DNA of 16,607 nt from contig NW_021825136.1 in the NCBI RefSeq assembly GCF_006345805.1, forward strand, positions 1-16,607. Direction: 5' to 3'. The notes beneath the pieces are model-generated. The model made no database searches and was not told the DNA's origin. It saw only the letters and a list, made by a program, of their open reading frames with translations. Below are positions 9,082 to 16,607 of this stretch, one piece after another. Source of the stretch: Octopus sinensis (taxonomy: Eukaryota). The translations under genes were made by a program, and so were the position numbers. Numbering within the stretch: the first letter of the stretch is position 1; the number at the start of each line of letters is the position of its first letter.

Positions 9082-9645
9082 ATTACCATACTTCTCGTTC
9101 TGATGGTGGTTTCATTTCATTTTATTTTATTTCATTTCTACCATTCTTATCCTGAGTCTTTTTTTTATTTTTATTTTATAAGAACGCCCTCATTTAATGG
9201 CTAAATGTGCCATTTTATAATTCCAGTGTGTATTTACGGTTTAATATTAATGGCAGCGAAATCGTTAAGTTCCAAGTTGTCGTTTGAAATAAACCAGTCT
9301 CCAAGACAGTAATAAAAGCATTTCCAGTATTTCAAACACTTCAATTGTTTTACGATTTGTTGAGGAATGTAAGAAAATAAATTCAAGAAGAAGAAGAAGA
9401 AGAGAACAAGTAGACGAAAGTGAGGAAGGATGAGGGAAAAGAAATAAAAACCACAAAAGAAGGAAAGTAGAAAGGAATAAAGGATAAGAGGACATAAATA
9501 AATAAATAATGAGAAATATAATGTCACTTGAAATAAAGTTTCAGAAAAGAATTTTTATTTATTTCATCAAAGAAATGATAAACTATTTACGGCAGAAAAA
9601 AAAGGAAAAAAAGATTAAAAAGAAATAAGGAGGCGACATCTAGCT

Positions 9646-9731
<86 letters not shown>

Positions 9732-9764
9732 GTGAGATAGATAGACAGATAGATAGATAGATTG

Positions 9765-9817
<53 letters not shown>
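9646..9817. repeat. (GATA)n microsatellite
   Basis: Direct reading. Confidence 0.98.
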
Positions 9818-9818
<1 letters not shown>

Positions 9819-9890
9819 CTTTCTTTATTTGCCACACAGGGCTGGACACAGAGGGGACAATTACAAATGTAGAGCTTTTCTTTTCGGAGA
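9818..9890 (-). mobile_element. Probable non-LTR retroelement 3' end (AATAAA followed by the (TATC)n tract)
   Basis: Minus strand: ...CCCTGTGTGGCAAATAAAGAAAGTTATCTATCTATC; no coding sequence attached. Confidence 0.4.
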
Positions 9891-9914
9891 TGGAAAAGGA
9901 AAAAGAAGAAAAAA

Positions 9915-10085
9915 AAATTTGCTACAAGACCAGCAATTTCGTAGAGAAAGGGTAAGACGATTACATCGACCCCTAGTGCTCAACTAGTACGCAATTTATC
10001 GACCTCGGCGGAGTTTGAACTCAGAATGTAAAGCCGGACGAAACGCCGCTAAGCATTTTTCCCAACCATTCTGCCTGCTCTCCGC
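9915..10085 (-). mobile_element. SINE-A copy lacking the central CCTTTCATCCTTTCGG segment
   Basis: Tail joined to head at GACC (10001); homologous to 1283-1510. Confidence 0.85.
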
Positions 10086-10121
10086 TTTTTTTTTGTTTTT
10101 TGTTTTCTTTATCCAAATATT

Positions 10122-10333
10122 CTTTTCTACTCTAGGCACAAGGTCCGAAATTTTAGAGGAGGGTGCCAGTCGATTAGATCAACCCCAGTACGCAACTGGT
10201 ACTTAATTTATCGACCCCGAAAGGATGAAAGGCAAAGTTGACCTCGGCGGAGTTTGAACTCAGAATGTAAAGCCGGACGAAACGCCGCTAAGCATTTTTC
10301 CCAGCCCGCTAACCATTCTGCCTGCTCTCCACC
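10122..10333 (-). mobile_element. SINE-A, full length
   Basis: Reverse complement matches head, B-box, body and tail. Confidence 0.88.
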
Positions 10334-10369
10334 TTTTTTTTTTTCTTTATCCAAATATTAACTGCTAAA

Positions 10370-10540
10370 ATAACTTTCCATAGTGAAAGAAGTAACATGT
10401 TTCCTTTCATCGTTTGATACAAGACACCTCGCTTTATTTCCAACCAAATTCTTACTTCCTGTAAGCAGCTAATTAAAACACTGGAGTTTATTTTTCTAGA
10501 AATGTTTCTTTATTTTTACTTCCTTTGGTAGGAGGAAACT
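10370..10540 (-). pseudogene. Possible LINE apurinic-like endonuclease remnant
   Basis: Minus-strand CLQEVR at 10450-10467 resembles the D(I/V)xxLQE(V/T)R motif; flanking frames are disrupted. Confidence 0.35.
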
Positions 10541-10839
10541 TGTCCGTTGTTACCATCATTCACCAAACCGCAGATTATTTATACAGAATAATTAACCGGT
10601 ACGTAACTCTTACAATTTTTACAACTATTTATTTCTTAACATCGCCACACACAAGACCACACAGTTTGTGAGAGGACGACGCGTTCGGTTAAATCGAAAC
10701 CAGAATTTCGCCGAGCCTCATTTTTATCGAATCTGTTTTTCTCTCCAGGAAAGTAAATATCATAGGTTTATCACAGTTAATCCGCAGCCCCCTTAGCACT
10801 TCTACCACTATCTGGCACCTAAGGGCCCGTTATTGGAGT

Positions 10840-11139
10840 TTGTTCCTTCTCGAGCCATGCCTGGCTCATAAGGGCCGGTTTCCCGGTTACCTTGGCGTAT
10901 AGGTTCCCTACCTGGACGGGGCGCCGGTCCGTCGCAGATGAGCTGCAAGATGCAGGAGGAAAGAGTGAGAGAAAGTTGTGGCGAAAGAGTCAGCAGAAGT
11001 TCGCCATTACCTTCTGCCGGAGCCGCGTGGAACTTAGGTGTTTCGGTCATAAACACACATATCGCCCGGTCTGAGATTCGAACCCGCGATCCCTCGAGCG
11101 CGAGTTCGCTGCTCTAACCACTAGGCCATTTTGCCTCCA
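10840..11139 (-). mobile_element. SINE-D, 300 bp, tRNA-derived, with 12-bp target-site duplication
   Basis: A-box TGGCCTAGTGG (plus 11118-11128); B-box GGTTCGAATC (plus 11075-11084); CGTTATTGGAGT at 10828-10839 and 11140-11151. Confidence 0.9.
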
Positions 11140-11159
11140 CGTTATTGGAGTCCTATCAG

Positions 11160-11389
11160 TTGCAAGCATTTAGGCTTGGTCTCTAGTTTGATGATACCAA
11201 AACTCCCTCCATTTTAGACCTCAAGACCATGTAAGGGGTTTATGGGTATTTCTTCTCCTCCTGACTAAAACAATTGCAAGCATTTAAGCCAGGATTATAG
11301 TTTGATGATAATACCTAACTCTCTTCCCCTTCAGTCTTTGAGATCCTGTAAAGGCTCTATAGGCATTGCCTCCAATCCCAACTAAAACA
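11160..11389. repeat. Diverged tandem dimer, 114-bp period
   Basis: TTGCAAGCATTTA at 11160 and 11274; TAGTTTGATGATA and ACTAAAACA are shared at equivalent offsets. Confidence 0.85.
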
Positions 11390-11500
11390 TGATAGATGAC
11401 TCACAGCGGGAGTTGACATAAGAACGTAGAGTAACGTAACTAAACAGCAAAACGTTGTTCGGTGCTCCACCGATTCTAATATTTACCCGCCTTTATCAAC

Positions 11501-11674
11501 TTGTAACCATTAACACTTATTAAACACTGGTTGTACTTATAAATATTAATGCTTATTACAAACTGCTTGTGCTTAGAACCATTAGCACTAACCAAACACT
11601 GGTTATAATTATAACCATTAATATTTATTAAACATTGGTTATATTTATAGTCATTAATACATTAAACACTAGTT
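11501..11674. repeat. 36-bp minisatellite, about 4.6 diverged copies
   Basis: Units start at 11509, 11545, 11581, 11617, 11653 (ATTAACACTTATTAAACACTGGTTGTACTTATAAAT-like). Confidence 0.88.
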
Positions 11675-11980
11675 AAATTCCGAAATAATTTAGTTATTAC
11701 ACTATCAGTTATTATTATTTTTTTTTACTATAATCAAAGAAGGAAAACAAACAGTGCGTATGTTTATTATTGGCATAATGACCCTCCCGATATACAACAA
11801 AATCTATTGCAACTCGAGCTCAGATTAAGAATATTGGAAACTAAATACAAAAGGCTTATTAATCAAGGAGAGAAATGAATAATGCTGTGCAAAAATATCA
11901 TTTGAATATGGAAATACAAAATTCTTAGTCGATAATTTGTCTAAAAAGGAGAACCAATGATTATAAACCTTCCGGGTTTT

Positions 11981-12314
11981 ATTTAATAGCAGATTTAATT
12001 CGTCGCCCTGTTTAACACCATCGTTAGGCGTCTTTGGTGAGGTTTGCACTGAAAGCATTCGAACTAAGACCTCCGATGTGGGAGACAATCTCGTCTCTCT
12101 TTTCCACTGGCTTCGCAAGGCCTTGTAAAAGGATCAAAGGCGCTACTCTCTTCCTAATTGAAAGATGGAAAAAAATTCTTGCACTGGCAGTGAGATGAGT
12201 GACAATGATGTTCAGTTTTAAAGATGCGGGTTGAGAGAGGAGAGGGGAAAGGGGTACCGTCGTATCCAAACGGATAGAACTTGAATCTCGATAAAAAATA
12301 AACAGGGTTTTCAT
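11981..12314 (-). pseudogene. Decayed non-LTR reverse transcriptase fragment
   Basis: GVKQGDELNLLLN (11981-12019) resembles GV(R/K)QGDPLSPLLFN; upstream TLFIFYRDSSSIRL weakly resembles FIDFxKAYDSI in another frame. Confidence 0.6.
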
Positions 12315-12849
12315 ATGAAAACAGATGCCATGATATCGTTTTATATTTATCGTTTTATTTTCTTAAGGATTTATTTATTGATAAAGAATAGACAAGAAAG
12401 AAAAAGCAAATACTCCAGATTTCATTTATTTTTATGGGTTTTTTTTATACATAAACTTTGCAGGGATCGCAAAATTGTGGCATCCGTGCGGGCAACGTTC
12501 AGGTTGAAGATGTTCAATACATACGTGTGTGTGTGCATGTGTTAGCGTGTGTGTGTGTGCGTGTGTGTTTAAAATGCAACAGAGCCGAAACTCCGATGCC
12601 ACTGTCACATTTTTCCTTTCGAAAATATGTCATCTATAATAATAAATGCCAAAACGAATTTCTGTGTGTCAGTTTGCCACAGTTAAACCCCCCACTCTCT
12701 CACTATTCAATGACACTTCCATTATTCCTCGTGATGGGTGAGAGCAATAGTAGGCATAGAGACGGTAGTAGATTGACCGTTGTGATGGTAATGATAAGAT
12801 AGTAATAGTATGAGTTATAGTTGTGATAGAGGTGGAGGCAACGGTGATG

Positions 12850-12886
12850 ATGCTGGTGGTGGTGGTGGTGGTGGTGGTGGTGGTGG
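12850..12886. repeat. (GGT)n within a degenerate GGT/GAT-rich field (~12775-13060)
   Basis: Direct reading. Confidence 0.9.
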
Positions 12887-13343
12887 TCAGTCAGGGATGA
12901 CGGTGATAGTAAGCGATGTGAAAGACGGTGGTGATAATGGTGGAGGAGAAGGCGGCGAAGTCAAAGGTATTGATGGTGGTGGCGTCAGAAGTCTGAATGG
13001 TGTGTGTGTGTGGCAGTTGTAGTAGCGATGGTGGTGGTACTGATGATGATGATGGTTGAAAACAATCAGCAAAAAGAGAAACAGAGAGAAAAAAAGAGGT
13101 TAGACAGAAAAAAAAATGTACTGACCCCAGAATGGGAAGACAAAAAATGCTGTTTATCATGCAGCTTTGCAATAAGTTCCAAGTCGACAAATTATATTGT
13201 TTTCATGAAAATTTTTCATTACTTGAAAAATATTGTTCAAGTTCAAAAAAATTTTCTTAGTACTCAATGCATGAAGTGTCATTGTTGGGCCCAAGGCCTG
13301 ATGAAGAGCCCTCCACAGGAGCTAGCTTAAAAGCCGGCCTTTT

Positions 13344-13415
13344 AAGGGAGTTTGACGCCGCTGCTCTCATTTCCATTTTCTGCTGTGAAGTTGGTTCATC
13401 TGGGACTCTTGACAA
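13344..13415 (-). pseudogene. LINE ORF2 C-terminal remnant (CR1/L2-group-like)
   Basis: LSRVPDEPTSQQKMEMRAAASNSL resembles the LDxFLxxVPD(E/Q)P...RAAxSNSL terminus recalled from invertebrate LINEs; not searched. Confidence 0.6.
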
Positions 13416-13526
13416 AAAAAAATATAGATAAATAAAAATGACCATCCCGGGATACTGTATGATTGACTGCTAGCTCCAAAAGTTTTTTTTTTTTTTTATT
13501 CTCTGTCTGTTTATTTCCTCGTGTTC

Positions 13527-13562
13527 CTTTCTGTTGAAGAGCGTAGGCTCGAAACGTAAAAG
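13527..13562 (+). ncRNA. Minimal type I hammerhead-like motif with A6U core (CUGUUGA), GUA triplet
   Basis: CUUU CUGUUGA A GAGC guag GCUC GAAA CGUA AAAG. Perfect stems I and II. The host repeat runs ~13495-13651 into (TA)n. Confidence 0.72.
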
Positions 13563-13648
13563 CTTTACTCACCTTCCCAAGTGTTAAACTAATACACCTG
13601 TTTGTTGTTTATACACTTGTCTTCGTCTTTTATTTTTCTGTAAATTTC

Positions 13649-13651
<3 letters not shown>

Positions 13652-13688
<37 letters not shown>
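13652..13688. repeat. (TA)n
   Basis: Direct reading. Confidence 0.98.
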
Positions 13689-13690
<2 letters not shown>

Positions 13691-13725
13691 GTAAATATAA
13701 TATGTGACAATTATTTGGTAGCCAT

Positions 13726-13786
13726 GATAAAACTCCGAGTTTCAGATGTCGGGGTGGAAATCCGCGCCGACATCTCTTCTGTTATC
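13726..13786 (-). ncRNA. Hammerhead-like motif, left arm, U4A core (CAGAAGA)
   Basis: GAUAA CAGAAGA GAUGUCGG..CCGACAUC U GAAA CUC G GAG UU UUAUC; 8-bp stem II. Confidence 0.65.
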
Positions 13787-13841
13787 GGGCCATGGAAAAG
13801 ATGCTATGATTTTCATTTTCATAGCATTTTTTCGATGGCTC

Positions 13842-13902
13842 GATAACTGAAGAGATGTCGACATGGGTTTCCGCCCCGTCATCCGAAACTCAGAGTTTTA
13901 TC
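13842..13902 (+). ncRNA. Hammerhead-like motif, right arm, CUGAAGA core, predicted cleavage after 13897
   Basis: GAUAA CUGAAGA GAUG..CAUC C GAAA CUC A GAG UU UUAUC; 5-bp stem I; one extra nt before GAAA. Confidence 0.72.
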
Positions 13903-14558
13903 ATGGCTACTGAATAATTGTCACATTTTATATTTACAGATAAATTTCTCTATTTACATAATATCGAAGTTTCTTTCGGGTTTTTTTTTCTTTGTTGTCT
14001 TGCCATTTCTATCATCATATATATATAATTACTGTGGCTTAAGTATTCGATCAAGTAAATCCTCAGTAAGATGGCTGACCACGCAAAAAAAGAGCAGAAG
14101 CCTAACCCGTTGTTCTTGTTGCTTGTCCCCTCATATATCTCAAGCTCTGTGCAACATAACAAAATGGCAACAAAGGTCTTTCGTCCTGTATCTTAAAAAA
14201 GCCAAGAACAATCATTACCACCAAGACATGTTCTTAACATACACAAACCAACTTCCATATTCAAATGATATTTTCGTACAGCATTATTCATTTCTTTCGT
14301 TGATTTTAAGAATTGATACCAAACCCCAGAATGTTGTTTTTATTTGTTGTCTTCATTTTTCTTCGTTATTCTTGTCAATGATAGCAACACATTAAGCAAT
14401 TATCAATATCTTTGGTGGAGGGGGTTTTGTTGCGGGGTGCTATTTTTTGTTGCGGTGTATTATTTTTTTCTGAGCGTACTTAGGTGAACGGTTTTGAACA
14501 GTGATACGACAAAGCGTACATTGATACGACGGAGTGTATATTGATACGATAGAACGTC

Positions 14559-14868
14559 TTGATAATAACGTTAATTAATATTACATTCAAACGCATAGAG
14601 GGAATACACGAAATTCTCTACTGGGGCAGAAAATTGAACAAACTCAGCGACCTTGGAACGAGTTCCTTGAAGAACCAATTCCAAGCAGTCAGCAGAATAA
14701 ACAAACTGAGAAAGAAAATATGGTGGAGGGTGGTGAGGTAGGAAAAGAAATCCGATGTTATATTAAGGGAAAAAACGAAAAGGGAATCTTCAGATGGTTG
14801 TATTAAGGGGAAAAAATTCATTTTTACTGTTGTTTTTGCAGATGACAATTTGTCAGTATGTAACACCT
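14559..14868 (+). pseudogene. Possible decayed non-LTR reverse transcriptase fragment
   Basis: One frame reads ...VVR*E (VRQG-like, stop 14739-14741)...DVILRE...GCIKGKKFIFTVVFADDN (FADD 14835-14846); motif spacing is shorter than canonical. Confidence 0.45.
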
Positions 14869-14894
14869 ATATATATATATAATATAATATATAC

Positions 14895-14925
<31 letters not shown>

Positions 14926-15003
14926 TATTATATATCTATATACATATATATATATACATATATATACATATATACATATATACATATATATATAATTATA
15001 TAT
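14868..15003. repeat. (TA)n/(TATACA)n
   Basis: Direct reading. Confidence 0.95.
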
Positions 15004-15004
15004 A

Positions 15005-15165
15005 TTCTTTTTCTGTTTCATCATATGCTGGAGCACGCCTTTTAGTAGCACTCGACCCCCGGATTATAAGCCCAGTACTATTCTATCGGTCTCTTTTGCC
15101 GAACCGCTAAGTACGGGATAAACACTCATCGGTTTCCAAGCAATGCTAGGGGACAAACACATATC

Positions 15166-15204
<39 letters not shown>

Positions 15205-15353
15205 TATATACGACGGCTTCTTTCAGTTTCGTACCAAATCCACTCACAAGGCTTGTCGGCCCGGGCTATAGCAAAGACACTTGCCCAAGGTGCACGCAGT
15301 GGACTGAACCCGGAACCATGTGGTTGGAAGCAGCTATTACACACAGTCCTGCG

Positions 15354-15356
<3 letters not shown>
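15005..15356 (-). mobile_element. SINE-B, full length, internal (TA)n ~15168-15210
   Basis: Colinear with 3685-3930 and with the tail of 2152-2785; many 1-nt deletions. Confidence 0.88.
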
Positions 15357-15388
<32 letters not shown>

Positions 15389-15664
15389 GTATTATATAAT
15401 TATATATAATCTACGTATATATATATATATATCTACGTATGCGCGTGTATTTACATGCTTGTACACACTTGTGTGATGAATCTTTGTGTAAAATGTGGTG
15501 TGTTTGTATAAGTGTGTACGTATTGTATATCTTTTATGTATCTGAATGTGTGTGTATGTGCTTGTATATGTTTAGTAGTGAGTGAGAGAGAAAGAGAGAG
15601 AGAGAGGAAAAAGTAAAACCAAACAGAGAGAGAGAGAGAGAGAGAAATGGCTTTATCCTGAAGT

Positions 15665-15790
15665 TCCCCTCCCAGTCGTGTGTTCCAAGTTCGATTCCGC
15701 TACATGACACCTTAGAAAAGTACGTTCTATAGCCACGAGTTGGTCAATATTTTGCAAGCGGAATTTCGGACGTGGAGACTGTGCGGAACC
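15665..15790 (+). mobile_element. Old SINE-B-like fragment
   Basis: AGTTCGATTCC B-box followed by GACACCTTAGAAAAGT..CTATAGCC, weakly colinear with SINE-B. Confidence 0.45.
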
Positions 15791-15799
15791 TAACACTAT

Positions 15800-15880
15800 T
15801 TATGTATGTATGTATGTATGTATGTATGTATGTATGTATGTATGTATGTATGTATGTATGTATGTATGTATGTATGTATG
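15800..15880. repeat. (TATG)n
   Basis: Direct reading. Confidence 0.98.
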
Positions 15881-15995
15881 TTTGCATGTATGTATGTGTA
15901 TATATATGGGGTGGGGTGTATGTATGTGAGTCTGTATGTATGCGCATGCATAGGTATGTCTCAGCATTTACACCTTTACGCAAGTGTACTTATTC

Positions 15996-16048
15996 GACTA
16001 TGGCCATGCTGGGGCACTGAGTGGAAGGGTTTTAGTAGATATACCGAC
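15996..16048 (-). mobile_element. SINE-B/C tail fragment
   Basis: GGCCATGCTGGGG...GAAGGGTTTTAGT matches the reverse complement of ~2710-2763. Confidence 0.65.
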
Positions 16049-16056
16049 TAAACCTT

Positions 16057-16074
16057 AATAATAATAATAATAAT

Positions 16075-16110
<36 letters not shown>
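16057..16110. repeat. (AAT)n
   Basis: Direct reading. Confidence 0.97.
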
Positions 16111-16113
<3 letters not shown>

Positions 16114-16115
16114 GG

Positions 16116-16421
16116 GTGTATAAGGACACTTGCAAAACTAGTTTGTCCACGTGTGAGGTGGATGTCAGCACCTGGGAAGAGAGGGCTGAGGACAGATCAA
16201 CATGGAGGACTGTGGTGAAGGGAAGAACTGCTTCGCTAGAGAACAGCTACAGAAACAAGCAAGTTGAGAAGGGTCAGCGGCAAAAGGAAAACAACAGAAA
16301 TGCAGAGCGCCGAGCCACCCTCTTGGTATGCAAGTACTGTGACAGAAGCTGTGCTTCAATCATAGGAAGAATCAGCCATGAAACAAGCTTCAACAAAAGA
16401 GCCCATGATATATTCGATTAA
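16116..16421 (+). pseudogene. 5'-truncated RTE-clade LINE, C-terminal region with zinc-finger-like motif
   Basis: YKDTCKTSLSTCEVDVSTWEERAEDRSTWRTVV (YKD...W...A.DR..WR pattern) and CKYCDRSCASIIGRISH (C-x2-C...SxIGxxSH); uninterrupted ~100 codons. Confidence 0.8.
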
Positions 16422-16467
16422 GTGACCTCTAAGCTAAATTGAACGTCTGCATGACAAAAATTGCCAA

Positions 16468-16510
16468 TTATATATATAGATGAAACCAATATAATATATA
16501 TATATATATA

Positions 16511-16591
<81 letters not shown>

Positions 16592-16607
16592 TATACGATA
16601 TATATGT
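16468..16607. repeat. (TA)n to window end
   Basis: Direct reading. Confidence 0.97.

Larger units (their letters stand above)
13691..13937. mobile_element. 247-bp imperfect palindrome (MITE-like) whose arms are hammerheads
   Basis: Ends GTAAATATAATATGTGACAATTATT / AATAATTGTCACATTTTATATTTAC; centre ATGCTATGA-9 nt-TCATAGCAT (loop 13810-13818). Confidence 0.92.

Noticed and set aside
8594-9204. Gly-rich, Pro-rich and CV/HT-repeat ORFs
   Set aside because: (TG)n, (CA)n and (GGT)n artefacts; no splice or codon evidence.
11060-11139. tRNA-like sequences (also 5940-6013 and 2152-2215)
   Set aside because: A and B boxes are present, but acceptor and anticodon stems do not pair properly and they continue into SINE bodies; not functional tRNA genes.
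13293-13341. AAGGC CUGAUGA...GCCUU hammerhead-like fold
   Set aside because: Would need three core changes (G12A, U16.1C, G at position 17) and abuts the LINE C-terminal remnant; not counted.
14000-14395. 131-aa ORF and antisense frames
   Set aside because: No recognisable motif; the opposite-strand frames contain stops.
11501-14570. 36-bp and 20-bp periodic arrays as CRISPR candidates
   Set aside because: No conserved repeat with unique spacers of suitable length, no cas genes, eukaryotic context.
14826-14860. TTTTGCAG...GTATGT as a 14-nt microexon
   Set aside because: Better explained as the FADD motif of a decayed RT; not frame-preserving.

Overview
AT-rich, eukaryotic, almost entirely repeat-derived DNA. 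The SINE families, mariner remnant and microsatellite density look like an octopus (coleoid cephalopod) intron or intergenic region; this is inference from recalled sequence families, not a search. I find no intact host protein-coding gene. Nearly all ORF-track entries are microsatellite or SINE artefacts, and the only protein-like segments are decayed mariner and LINE fragments. The main result is nine type-I hammerhead ribozyme (HHR) motifs from about six unrelated sequence families (377-467 -, 725-816 +, 4797-4832 -, 5776-5822 -, 6074-6120 +, 7535-7661 +, 13527-13562 +, 13726-13786 -, 13842-13902 +). All have a self-complementary or nearly self-complementary helix III, as in Penelope-like element (PLE) and retrozyme dimeric hammerheads. 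Six of the nine sit in three head-to-head inverted pairs: a ~1 kb fold-back (82-1105), a tRNA-headed SINE plus inverted partner (5716-6190), and a 247-bp palindrome that would normally be called a MITE (13691-13937). Caveats: indel-rich differences suggest an imperfectly polished long-read assembly, helices were paired by eye, and ribozyme activity is untested. SINE-A to SINE-E are my own working labels.
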